Origin: Paraspadella gotoi
Lineage: Eukaryota > Animalia > Chaetognatha
Length of the DNA: 64,000 bases
Assembly: GCA_051294375.1 (NCBI GenBank)
Contig: CM119265.1
Coordinates: forward strand, 27,230,932-27,294,931
Direction of reading: 5' to 3'
Both the position numbers and the translations under genes were made by a program. Positions 23,438 to 36,726 of the stretch are shown piece by piece; positions within the stretch are counted from its first letter, which is position 1, and each line of letters starts with the position of its first letter. The notes beneath the pieces were generated by a model. The model did not search any database, had not been told where the DNA came from, and was given only the letters and a program-made list of their open reading frames with translations.

Positions 23438-25034
23438 ATGATTCGATCCTTCGCCTCCGTTCGCTCGACGTTGATGCGTCGCAGCGCCACCCGCGCTCTT
23501 TCTCTTCTCGGAACGAATCAAACTCCTCATCTTCGCGCCACCTGGCGTCCCTCTTACCACCGTTCTGCCCCCATGTCCACCGCCCCCGCCGCTCGCGCCA
23601 CCTCGAACGATTCGCCCCCGACGTCGACCGAATTAAAGCCCGGCCAAACCCTTCACGGTTTCACCGTCAACCGGGTCGAGCCCGTTCCGGAAATGGGCGT
23701 TGTCGCGACGCTCCTGCGTCACGACGTCACCGGCGCTCAGCTCTTGCACCTGGCGCGCGACGACCCCGACAACACCTTCGCCGTGGCCTTTCGCACGACG
23801 CCGATGGACTCGACGGGTGTGCCGCACATTCTGGAGCACACCGTCCTCTGCGGGTCGACCAAGTATCCCGTCAGGGATCCCTTCTTCAAGATGCTCAATC
23901 GGTCCATGGCCACCTTCATGAACGCCATGACCGCATCGGATTGGACCATGTATCCCTTCTCTACGCAAAATTCGAAAGACTTTGACAATCTCCTCGACGT
24001 CTACTTGGACGCCGCCTTCTTTCCCAACCTTCGGCGTCGAGATTTTGAACAAGAGGGATGGCGATTGGAGCACGAGAAGGTGGGGGTGTGGCAATGAAGG
24101 CGTATTTGGAGAATTAAGATTAAGAATTACTTAATTACTTAAGATTACTTAAGATTAAGAATGCGGTGAAATGTTAAGGCTTGGAAAGGCTTGATCAAAT
24201 GTCTTGTTTGAACATGGATGAAAGAATGATTCTGACTTAAGCTTTATTCACCTTCCGATGTTTGTATAAAATATTCATTTAACAATCAATCCATTTATCC
24301 GTCCTATTAGATTCCGTCCATTGCTCATATCATTGTAATCCAATTACATCACTTTTATCCCCATCCAATCTATCCATATATCCATCCATCCATCCATCTT
24401 TAATCCCCCTTCAGCTCGACGACCCCACATCCCCCATCATCATCAAAGGCGTCGTCTTCAACGAGATGAAGGGCGTCTTCTCCGACTCCTCGAGCCTCTT
24501 CAACGAAGCCACACAGAACCGCCTCCTCCCCTCCCACACCTACGGCGTCTGCAGCGGCGGAGACCCGCTCGACATCCCTGCCCTTGACTGGGAGGGACTC
24601 AAGGCCTTTCACTCTTCCCACTACCATCCTTCCAACGCCCTCTTCGTCACCTACGGCGACCAACCGCTCGAGGGTCACCTGAAGAAGATTTCCCGCGCCG
24701 TTATGAGCAAATTCACATCGGCCGTTCATCCGGGGACGGAGGTGCCGTCGGAGCCGCGATGGACGCAGCCGCGGACGGCGTCCATCGCCTGCGCGCCGGA
24801 TCCCATGGCCGCGGTGCCGGGCAAGGAGACGGTCGTCTCTAAGTCTTATTTGGTCTCGTCGGTGCTGGACGACTTCGACGTCTTCTGCGCGGCGCTGGTT
24901 TGCAAGTTGCTCGTCGAATCGGAGACCTCGCCGTTTTATCGCGCGCTGCTCGAGTCCGGGCTGGGATCGGATTATAGTCCCAACACGGGATTCGATACTT
25001 ATACCAAAGACACTTCATTTTCTGTTGGTCTGCA

Positions 25035-25100
<66 letters not shown>

Positions 25101-27551
25101 CTAGGGATCGTGCGGTCAACTTTGCTTTTTCCCGAATCGGTTTTTTATTTCATTAAACTAATTATTGTTTATTTGCCAATGTTGTAATCATTACGATATT
25201 ACATCTAATTAAAATCATCTCCTTTCTTCCTATCATCAATCCCCTCTCCCCACTGCCACCCCCTCTCATTCCCCCCCCCCCAAAAAAAAACATAGGGCGT
25301 GGCGGAATCGGACGCAGACAAAGTTGTCTCCCTCATCGACTCCACTTGGGACAAAGTCGTGTCCGAGGGATTCGAGGACAAAGACGTCGACGCCGTCCTT
25401 CATCAAATCGAACTCAAACTGAAACATCAGACGACCAACTTCGGTCTCCGCCTCATCTACGCCCTCATTCCCTCGTGGAATCATGGCGGTGATCCCGTCG
25501 CCGCTTTGAAGGTCGACGAGAAGGTCGAGCGATTCAGGAAGTTACGCCGGGAGAATCCCAAGTTTCTCCAAGACTTTGTCCGGACTCGTTTCAAGGAAAA
25601 CCCTCACTGCTTGACGCTGACGATGAAGCCTTCGCCGAGCTACACCGACGAGCTCGCCGCCAAAGAAGCGGGACTCTTGAAGACCAAATTAGTGGACGTC
25701 GACGACAACGCGGCGCAGCGAATCCTGCAGAGCGGCCGCGAATTGGCGGCAGAGCAGAGCGCCGAGGAAGATTTGTCGTCTTTACCCTCGTTGACGTTGA
25801 AGGATGTGGACCGCGACATTGAACGCGACGCCATCGACGCGCGGAAACTCGCTCAACTTCCCACATCACCACCGCTGCGTCTCGTGCCGCAGCCGACCAA
25901 CGGAGTCACTTACCTTCGTCTCCTCTTTTCCCTCCGGGACTTACCACCTCATCTTCGACGTCTAGCGCCGACTTTCGCCAACGTCCTGACCCAAATGGGC
26001 GCCGGATCGATGGATTACTTGACTTTGAGCCGAGAGATCGATCTCTGCAGCGGCGGATTCCACGCGGCTCCGCTGATTAACGCTGGATTCGAGGATCTCG
26101 GCGTCTGCGAGGAAGCGCTGCTGTTGTCGTCGCACGCGCTCGACCGTAACTTCGAACGGACTCTCGAATTGTGGGCAGAGATCCTGACGTCGCCGCGGTG
26201 GACGGACGCCGAGAGGTTGGCTACGCTGGTCAAGATGGCCGCCAGCGAGGCGGCTTCTTCCGTTCTTTCGTCCGGACACTCGTACGCGATGCGTCATTCT
26301 TCCTCGACTTTCTCCCCGGCGGCCAACGCCAACGAGGTCTTCAACGGGATATCCCAAGTGGCCACGTTGAAGGAACTCGCCGCGCGAGTCGAGAAAGAGG
26401 GTAAATTTTCGCTCAAATAAAATTTAAATTATTTTACCAAAATATGTCATTGATAATGTTCAACTATTGCCTTTTTGTTTTCTCATCAGGAGCCGAATTC
26501 CTCTTGGCCGATCTTCGCGCCATCTCGGATCTCGTCCTTCGGAACAACAACGTCCTCCGCGTCGCCATCAATAGCTCGCCCGACAACGCGTCGTCCGCAG
26601 CCGACGCCGTGGAAAGCTTCGTCGGCGACGGAATCTCTCGCGCGACTTCGGAGGCGCCGGCGAAGGAGAAGGCGGCGGGCGGAGCGGAGATGGGGAAGAG
26701 CAAGACTCAATTTAAACTCCCTTTTCAGGTATATTTTTTTTATTTATTTTTTAAGTTTTCTCACAAGATTTAAATTGTTTTCGCAGGGTTTTACCATGTA
26801 TTTTTGTCACTAATTTTTTAATGTTTTGTGCTGCCATCTATATTTAAAAGTTTCTCATTTTTCCGCTACGCATTTGATTGAAAATTTTATTAGTTATTAG
26901 TTAGAAAACTACTTGACGTTTATATTTCTTAATAGTATAATCACTTTTCTTCATTTATTTTTTTCGTCCAAATGTTGTTGACTTCTATCTCACTCTGTTT
27001 GCCCACCAACCCACCCACTTTTCTAGGTCAACTTCGTCTCCACTTCCTTCGCCACCGTCCCTTTCTCCCACCCCGACTGCGCCCCCCTCCGCGTCCTCTC
27101 CAAACTCCTCTCTTGGAAATTCCTCCATCGCGAGATCCGCGAGAAAGGCGGCGCCTATGGCGGCGGCGCCAACGCCTCTACCGACGGCGCCTTCTCCTTT
27201 TATTCCTACCGCGACCCCCGCAGCCTGGAAACGGCGCGCGTCTTCGAGGAGGCCGTCGAGTGGATCGTCGGCGGCGCCTCCACGGCCGCCGATCTCGACG
27301 AGGCCAAGATGTCTCTCTTCCAGCAACTCGACAAACCCGTGGCGCCCGGAAGCCGCGGGTCGCAGTTCACCGTCTCTGGTTTGACGGACGAGTTGAGGCA
27401 GGAGCATCGGGACCGGATCTTCGGGGCCGCGAAGGAGGATGTGGTGAGGGTGGCGGCGGAGTATTTGAAGGCGGAACGAGGGAGGACGACCTTGTTGGGG
27501 CCGGAGAATGAAAAGGTGGACGAGACGTGGACGAAGGTGGATTTTAAGTGA
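23438..27551 (+). CDS. PITRM1: Mitochondrial presequence protease (M16C)
   Basis: Five exons (~23438-24079, 24415-25035, ~25296-26400, ~26490-26728, ~27027-27551). Presequence, inverted zincin motif [49 protein letters not shown]. Confidence 0.95.
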
Positions 27552-28130
27552 AGATGTGAGAGTGAACCCGACAATAATTTGTGATAACTGCGGTCTCAGA
27601 TTTTTCGTGATTCTTAGTTATGATTCGATTGTTGAATTTTGAATAAAAGAAATTTAATTTAGAGATTATTATTTTACTTCATAAAAGAAAATAAAAAAAA
27701 TAGCTTGAATTTGTTGCTACGTTGCTATATTCACGGATACAATGTGGGACGATACAATTTGACACGAAACAATTTAAAGGGTTTCTATTTTTACAAATAA
27801 ATAGTTACAGAATGCCTGCAAAAACAAATTTTCAAGGAATGAACCAAACTTTTGAGCTATTAAATAATCTGTAAAAAAAAAAAAAAATCTCCAACTATGA
27901 AAGCTTTCCTTGAAACCAACTGATGTCGTAAGCTTAGAACGAGCAGTTAGTAGATGATTGTTAGATGGACTTTGGAGAGATCAGGATTCAGGAGGTACTC
28001 TTTATTATTCGTTATCGGATCACGAAGATAATAAATACACACGGAGTCGACAATGTTTACAATAGAGAACAACAACCCACGCCCCCGCGTTAAAATCGCG
28101 CCCATGATATAGAAATAAATTTTGTTTAAA

Positions 28131-31100
28131 TTATTTCCCCGGCGGCTTGATGCTTTTCCATCCAGTGGGACCGTAACCCATGAAGGCTTTGATGTCACAC
28201 TTGAACGCGGACGGGAGTTGAGCGGGCAGAGAGGGCGTTTCCTGCGCCACCGGCTCGGGTTCGGGTTCCGGCTCTGGCGCCGGCGAAGGCTCCTTCTCTA
28301 CAACGACGGGCTCTTCCGGCGTTGGCTCCGGCTCTGCTTCCGGCTCCTCGGCGGGCTCTTCCGCCTTTTCCGGCTCTTCCTCGGCCGGCGCCGAGACTGG
28401 CTCCTGTTCTGGCTCCTGCGAGATCTTCGCCTGCTCCATGATTTTGTTCAAGTCCAAGATTTCTCCCGGCGGAGGAGCGGCCTGCGTTACTGGCGGGAGT
28501 GTGGCCGCCCAATTCTCGTACATGGGGCGGTTCATTTCCTCGACCATTTTGAAGATGGTCGGGGTCGAACGGGGCGTCGGCTGGTGAGGGAGGGAGAGGG
28601 GGAAAGTTTTAAACGTCAATGTTTATCCGGTGGTTGTAAAAAAATGTTAGGGTGTTGCGATTTATCACACCACCTCACCTCCGACTTTACTTAATCTTCT
28701 CCCCCCCCAAAAAAAATGCATAAAAACCCACTTTTTAAAGCTAAGGGATTGTCCTACCCTTCGAAGCCTGACTCTAATATTGGTCTCCGAGATGATTGAT
28801 CACTGATCGATATCAATGATCACTGATCAGCCCGCTCAAATGCGGCCTTTCACATTTCCACGTCCTACCCTCCGTTGCCTTACCAATTACCATAACAATT
28901 TTAATCCTTACCTTCTTAACATTGGTCTCGTCGATGATCCACCTGTCCGCGCTCGCTTTTCGCTGCTCGAAAATCTCCGCCCCTCGGTTCTGCTGATTCT
29001 TTAGTCCTTGGATGAGCCCGAACGCCTGGTCTGGGGTGATGCCATCGTGGGTGGCGTGGGCTTCGTTGTGGAACTGTTGGAACTCGTTGGAGGTGTAGAT
29101 GTTGGAAGTCAGGGATTGTTCTGTGATGAGTTTTGGGGGGAAGGGGATTCCGTGTTATTTAAATGTTATTTTTAAATTATTATCGTTATAATTATTATTT
29201 ATAATAATAACAAAACGTAATTAGTTTTATCGCAGAAGTTGTGCCTGTTCGAATAGTTTTGAGGGGAGGCTTGGAGACTTGAAACTTATTTTTGTCTTTG
29301 ATAAGTATTCCTATAACAAAAATATCACAAAAGTTTAATAACTAGGTTTATTTTTATGCGTATTTTTAAGTACAGTATAACTATTTGAATAATTATACTG
29401 TACTTAAAAATACGCATAAAAATACATCTAGTTATTAAACTTTAGTGATATAACTTATTTGTTTCCTTATGAAAGATGTTCTTCAGAAAAAAATGTGGCA
29501 GTCGTTAACAACTATTGCCACAATAACCTCATTAAATTAATACATAATTTCAGCCAATTTTTCGTATGAAGAGGTCAGTAAATGACTTTTTTTCGACTCG
29601 CCCGTCAAAAATGTTCTGATGGGCGCCTGGGGGAATCCGGGCACGCCCGGACCGGCTACCCCGTTGAGGTAGTCGTCGACGGCGTTGCGTTGATCGTTGC
29701 TTCCCTGACCCTCTTGCGAGAAATCCTCGATCTTGGAGAGTTTCTTTTGGAACATGTCGCGACCGCGGGCGTCTGGGATTTGGGGTGTTGGGCGAATAGC
29801 GGTGACAATTACTGAATTACTTACAATTCCTACAATAGATCTTTCTATTTAACATCTATTACCTTCGGCTTCGAAGTTGGTAGTTTTCACCTCTATAATT
29901 ATGTGTAAATCCTTTCTTTTTTTGTTGTATTTGTAGATTAAAAGGAATAGTTTCAATATCTATGATGAAGGCTCGAATTTGAGCCGAAACATGTTCGTCT
30001 ATCATTAAATAAATTGTTGTTGCAATGATAATCATACTATTCCTTTAACCTCTATATTCTATTATATAATAATAATATAATAGTCTATAATTATATTTCA
30101 ACAAACTTGTGCTAACATTTACCACAGTGGCATTAGACTTACCCCGGTTCTCGTCGGAAAAGAGACTGGCGGAAATGAGTTTGCACAGTTGCTTTTGCTC
30201 GTCGATCGTCGGGTAGACATTGCCAGACGTTTGGTAAAATGACGAGTCGCTGTGGAGGGAGATATTTATTAAAAAATCTTGCTACTATTTGTATATTTAT
30301 TTTTTAATTTTAAATGACAAAACCTGTATCGCTTCAAGTTGAGCTTTTTGGGTTGAATCAATTGGGATTCACAATCAGGCGGAGGTCGGAGGAGCTTTTC
30401 AAGGCCTCTTTGTGCCAAAGGATGTGGTGGACCTAAAACGGACGTAATATTTAAAGAAACAACCCTTTAAGCTATATAATTTACAATACAATATTCGGTA
30501 AAATATTTATTTTTAAAATAAAAATTAAAAAAAATTATTACCGCATACCTAATTACCCTAACCCTAAACCCTCCTAACCCTAACTACCCCTAACCTTAAA
30601 CCACCCATAAACGACTTTTAACCCATAATCCCCCTCACCCCGGTCGGCGAAATTAAAATTGACCCCAATATTCTATTTCTGTGCAGTTTTTAAAATTTCC
30701 GTTAAAATTATCAATTTGGTCGTGAATTCAATTCCAAGCAATCGATGGTCGTATTTTAACTCAATTTGCATATTGTAATAAATTTTTATGCAGCGTAGTG
30801 AAGTGGAATTTCTTTACTAATAGAGCTATATCTATAATTGCCGCCATAAATAATCCCCAAGCTATTTTGTGTACGTTGAAGTTTTGGCATAAAAAAACAT
30901 TTATGAAGAGTTAAGTTACGTGGAGCATGAAATTGTTCTTCGTTCAAGCGCTATCGTCTATGTAGTATTTATTTGATTTTTTTCTCTACCTAATAAAATC
31001 TGTCTAACAACCGCATTAAGATTTTAAAGTGACCTTCGGAAGGTGTGACTAATCCGCACATTTAGCGTGCCAATTAGGGACGGTTGGGTTCGGACATGAA

Positions 31101-31907
31101 GCGTTTTAACCCAACGCGGGCCCCTTAAGGCGACTGATGGAAGGAACGGTCGTAAGTTTTGTTCAGTGGTTCAATTTAAAAGTGGAAAAGTACTGATCGG
31201 GCCGAGAGTCAACCGTTTAGTCGCGTCCTCGTTCCACATTAAATTTTCCCTCACCCGTGTACGAAAAGGGTTTCGGCGTCGACTGTTGACTCTCCTCCAA
31301 TCGTTGCGATTCTTGCACGATCTGCACTGTGGTTGGTTCCGCCAAGACCGTTGATGCGGTCGTCGTCGATTCCGCTGCAAAAAAAAAAAAAAAAAAAAAA
31401 AAAGCAAAAAACATCAGGATCGAGTTAAAAAAAAATTAGATCGATCAAGTTGTTAAAAATTGTTTTTTTTTAGTTTAGATTTTTCTAAAACCTCTAAGAA
31501 AAAAATTCCGTTTCGGTGGTGAAGCTTGGTCAATTCATTTCTTCGATCAAGCATGCTTGTAATGGCGATTAGCGTTAGGTTCGGCTTTTTTTTCGTTTCG
31601 GCAGCTTTGGGTCATGCTTTCTAATTGAAGCGCAACCATGCCATGAAACTTTTTTTTTTCCGAGAAAATATATCACTTACCGATGTACGTGGGGAAAATG
31701 ATAAAAAAAAAGTTCGAAAGTATTTGCGGAGACGTTATATAAAAATTAACGTTTTTAGTTTGTTTAATTGAATTGAATTCTATTTAAACTGACGACTAGA
31801 AACTTACGCATTGAAAATTGTCGGAGAAGAATTGATTCCGGACATTCGCGTTGGTCCAAGTCGTCCGGAAATCTCCACTCCCCCTGTACGAAGCTAGGGG
31901 CCGTCAT
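28131..31907 (-). CDS. Myozenin/synaptopodin (calsarcin)-like protein
   Basis: About 7 exons. YPTIDEQKQLCKLISASL..RGRDMFQKK and NRGAEIFEQRKASADRWIIDE resemble the repeated RG-x-x-F-x-K/Q-R motifs of this Z-disc family, followed by an E/P-rich tail. The first exon is less certain. Confidence 0.6.
29322..29451. repeat. Near-perfect 130-bp AT-rich palindrome (intronic)
   Basis: Arm ATATCACAAAAGTTTAATAACTAG..AAGTACAGTATAA pairs with TTATACTGTACTT..CTAGTTATTAAACTTTAGTGATAT. Confidence 0.9.
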
Positions 31908-32358
31908 TTTTGTTTTAAATAATCGAGTTCGACTGTATTTACACTGTGGGTGAAAAACATATTCCGTTGTGAACGAGAAATTGAATCGGGAGGTGGTCGA
32001 GAGAAAAAAGCAAATGGAAAAAAACAGTTGACGAATGTTTGGCCGCATTATTGATTAATCTCGGATAAATCTACAACTGATTTATAAAATGTAATTAAAT
32101 GCATTCATATACCGAAATGATTTACACATGACAACTGATTAACCAAAGTAGAACGCGAGCGAGCGAGATATACAAGCAAAAAAAAAAAAAAGAAAGAAAG
32201 AAAGATAGAAAAAAAAGAAAGAAAGAGAGAAAGAAAAAAATATTGAAAGAGAGAAAAATCGTTAAACTGTTGTTGCTCTGGCGAGAGTCAGTCAGTCGAT
32301 CGAACGGGACGACGAGTTGTCGACGGAGTTGTGCGCCCAGAGAGGATGACGAGGATGT

Positions 32359-32420
<62 letters not shown>

Positions 32421-33033
32421 ATCATAAACCTGATCATCGGGAAGGGGAGATACATCAGAGATGGGGAGAAAGGGTCTGCTGCAATCATGGGGATCTTCAT
32501 AGGATCGGTAAACATTGACCAATCTGATCTACAATAATGGTCAATGAGGATCATGAGGTCATGAAGATCTAGATCAATTTGATCCATGAAAATAATCAAG
32601 ATCATTTGAGAGATCATTAAGATCATGTGATGGCATTTTGATCCTCTGACTGCATGAAAGATAATGATAACCAAGAAGATCAATGACACTTTTAATGATT
32701 ACGCGAGATGCAATAAATGATCATTTAAGTCATTACCAAATGACTATTTTAAAACGAGCGACTTTTAAGTCGACACCACGCGATAACCGCGGTCAATAAA
32801 AATGAGAGAAATTCTTCTCGCGTTGATTTTAGAGTCGCTTAGAAAATAGAGCAAAGTTTTGAAAGTCATCAATTATTATGTATCGAAGAGTGACCCCAAA
32901 AAAAAAGCCCGAAGAGCATCCTATCCTTTTAACCTATAGGGTCCGCAATGGTCACGATCCAATGGGGTGCATGACGATACCGATCGATGATCGGTGAGAC
33001 TTGAGTTCGTTTCACAAGTGAATGATGTCGAAA

Positions 33034-33069
<36 letters not shown>

Positions 33070-33718
33070 AGTGAGATTGTCGGTGGTTGAGAGAGAAAAG
33101 AAAGATAATTTAAAAATAGAAAAGAAAAGAAAGATAATTTAAAAAATAGAAAATAAAAGAAAGATAATTTAAAAAATAGAAAAGAAAGATAATTTAAAAA
33201 ATAGAAAAGAAAAGAAAAAAACGTAGAAGAGACCAAAGAGGTTAATAAAAATGTACACTACAATTTAATCCCGCGCCCTTAACGTTATAACACAATAATA
33301 AAAATTTTAAAGATTTAGTTTCAAGATAATAAGCAAGGGCGTGTCGCATTGGCAATTAGCATAGACGCTAATGTAGTATAAATTTTCATTTAATAAAACC
33401 GCCGCGTCGAATCTCCCACAAAACAAAAAAAAAACAAAAAAAAAAACTCGTTGTTCAACACCACGAAATCCATGATGCACCATGAGTTTCGATCGAGAGA
33501 GAAAAATAGATCCGAGTTTCGCAACAAAAAAAAAAAATATGTGGCTCTATTTTCCGTTCCTAATCATTAAATTATATTATGATTTTAATATTTAATTTTA
33601 ATATTTTTTTTTAATATTTAATCCAATCCCTAATCTTTTATCTTAATCAAATTCTCAACTCTAATCCTTAATTACATTATATATTTTTTAACCCTAACCT
33701 TTTTAACCTTAACTCCTA

Positions 33719-33966
33719 AACAAGAAAAAAGATTGGTTTTCGCAACGAATTTTGTTAAAAGCTTTATCTTATTGACTCTCTCTCTTTCTCTGTTACTCTC
33801 TGTATCTTTCTCTCTCTCTCTCTCTCTCTCTCAAACGTAATTTTAACATTGCTTAAACCTTATAACTTTACAAATTGTTTTGCACTTATAATGAATAGAA
33901 ACTATTCAATATATTTATGCAAATTAAAAACAAAATTTGTTGCGAAAACCAATCCTTACTCTTGTT
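33719..33966. mobile_element. MITE with ~38-bp TIRs and TA target-site duplication (Tc1/mariner-like)
   Basis: TA|AACAAGAAAAAAGATTGGTTTTCGCAACGAATTTTGTT ... AACAAAATTTGTTGCGAAAACCAATCCTTACTCTTGTT|TA. Confidence 0.7.
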
Positions 33967-34573
33967 TAAATTTACACCAACGAAATAAAAGGAAATTAAA
34001 AAACCTTAACTCCTAAATTAATAATTAAAGCTAAAAAAGAACTTAATTTTGAATTTACTATGAATAGGGGTGCTTTCGGAAAAGATGGCCAAGCCGTGGA
34101 TCTAAAATTCGCGACTCAAAAGAAAAAAAAAAGGTTTTTAGTCGAAGTTTCTAGGTTTTTTCGTTTCTTCTATGAAAACTAGAAAATTCCTTGGATGAGC
34201 TCATTTGCGTCTGGAGAAAATTAAAATAGGGGAAAACAATTGTTCACAGCCTTTGGGTTTTTTTCCTTGTTTTGTTTTTTAATCTGTTTTTTTTTTTACT
34301 TTTTTAAAATTAAATCAAACGGATGAAAACGAAATTGAATTGTGAAGTTTAGATGTAATCATAAATATAAGTTCTTAAGAGTCTTATTTTATATATATAC
34401 ATACATACGAACAAAATACCTAATGGCAAAAGAGTTGAATCGGAAGATCAAATGAACGATTGTCGAAAACTTTTTTTGGGGCAACAAACGAAACATTAAT
34501 CTTCTGGTCGGCCAACAAGTTGCACCATCGTCGTCATCGTCGTCGTCGTCGTCATTATCATCATCATCATCAG

Positions 34574-34608
<35 letters not shown>

Positions 34609-35330
34609 ATAAACAAGGAAATCAATTGTAAGAACTATTCACTTAATTATGGGACTCAATATATATTTAGAGAAAAACAGTTTAGAATTGTTTATCAACG
34701 AATTATATTTAGAAAATTTGTTAGTCGGACATGTTTCGACTCTGCAGGGACTCAATATAGTAAAGAATTACTTTGTTAAGTTTTTTATGTACTTCTACTA
34801 CTCTTTTTGTCAATGTTAAACTTTTATGTATAATTATACAGCTTTAGGTTATGCGCAACGCCTGATTAAACAATTAGTTTAACTTATCGTACACACACTA
34901 AACACAGGAGGAATGCACGCAAAGTACGTACATACATACATTACCCGCTAGTGTTTTGTTTCTCCTCTCCCGGGACAGTTTTGCCATCTAGAAAAATGTT
35001 AACGAAAAAACAAAACAAAAGCCAAAGAACGATTGATAAAAATCCACAACCAATCCATGATTCTATATTTACGAAATTTAGATAAAGAATTAGATTTAGA
35101 ATTAGATTTAGAATTAGAGTTTAAATGGAAAAAAAAAAAAACCTGTTTCACTATTTGATTATGCTTTTTTTCTTTTTATATCAAATGTAAATGTCAACTA
35201 CATTAATTATTCATTAAATAAATTATTCAACCAATTAACTAATTAATTAATTAATTAATTAATTAATTAATCAATCACTTAATTTTTCAATCAATTAATC
35301 AATCAATTGAATTATAAATCAATAAAAGAA

Positions 35331-35623
35331 TGTAGTCGGGCATTGCCTAGGTTCACCCCGCCTATAAGCAAGACTTTTTCAGTTGTGACCCGGTGTCTCA
35401 TTGAGTAAAGCCATCAGCTCATGACCACTAGGTACCGGGTTCAATCCCAACCCGGTACCTACCCTGCGGGAAGCGTGAGGACGGCCGTAAGCCGCCATGG
35501 GGGCATGGAAAACCCTCAAGCCAGGTTCCAAGCCCAGGGACCCGTTCCATGGCTGCGAGAGGGGGTTATAGAAGTTACGGACAGTCATCTTCATTCTTCA
35601 ACCCACGTAGCGCCTTATCCACA
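35331..35623 (+). mobile_element. Solo LTR-like element with internal tRNA-like region (family B)
   Basis: TGT...ACA termini with an exact 4-bp TSD AGAA. Internal GGTGTCTCATTGAGTAAAGC..CTCATGA..CCGGGTTCAATCCC resembles tRNA A box, anticodon loop and B box. Confidence 0.75.
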
Positions 35624-36064
35624 AGAATTTATTAAATTTTATTTTTATGAAATAATTACTTAATTAATCAATCAATCATTCAATTAATCATCGTCGATGT
35701 TATCGTCGTCGTCGTCGCCATCATAGTCGTCGCTGCTTTTGTTGTGCTCAGTGACCTGACGAACAGACTTAAAACTTAACCAGTTTGTGCAAACAATTAA
35801 TTAACGTGTAATTAATTAATCTTTTAACAAATTAATTAATTACGGCTAATGATCGTCGGCAGATCCGGCATTGTTTGCTCAAACTTGTTTTATACTCGTT
35901 TCAATTTCTGGTTTTAAAGGATTTGAATTTTTTTTTAAAAGGTGAACGACACTAATTTTTTTTGGGGAAAGTGAAAAGGTAAGTTTAAAATTCTGAGCTT
36001 TTTTCCTATATATTTTAACTGTTATGTTATTATTATTCAAAGACCCAGAACCTGACCCGTCACC

Positions 36065-36627
36065 ATGCCGTCTCTCACTCAACCGACTTACTCAAGTCCG
36101 ATGGTCACGGACGACCCTGAGCTCTACTCTCGCCACCACGGGCAGCAGCGGAGCATCGCCGCTGCGTCGTGGCGCCACCTGACGTCCGACGATTCACTTC
36201 CTGTCGTCGAACGCGTCTTGGATCTCGGCTGCGGATCGGGAGACGTCACCAGGGCGTTGGCGTCGTTTTTGGACGCGTCACAAGGGAGAGGATTTGACCG
36301 GTGAGATATCGTTTGTATGAATAAAATAAATCAAATAAAAATTACGTTTTATTTGCCATTTTAAAGGATGAAAAGAGGATAAAAAAAGATTTTGTTTTTA
36401 TTGTATATCTAGTTGGAATTAGTCTTCTCTTCATAGAAATTTCCGCGTTTATAATTAAATTGTATATTGTAATATTATATTATATATTATAACATAATTT
36501 GATTATATCAAAGTTGAACTCCAATCGGCTGACAACTTTTTTTCTAGGCGTCTTTCCCGATCGGTCGTCGGATTAGACACGTCCCCGGATATGATCGAAT
36601 TTTGCCGGAGGACCTCGACATCTGCCT

Positions 36628-36726
<99 letters not shown>

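Noticed and set aside
30545-30640. CCCTAA telomere-like repeats
   Set aside because: The tract is short, degenerate and intronic; it is not a telomere or a convincing interstitial array.
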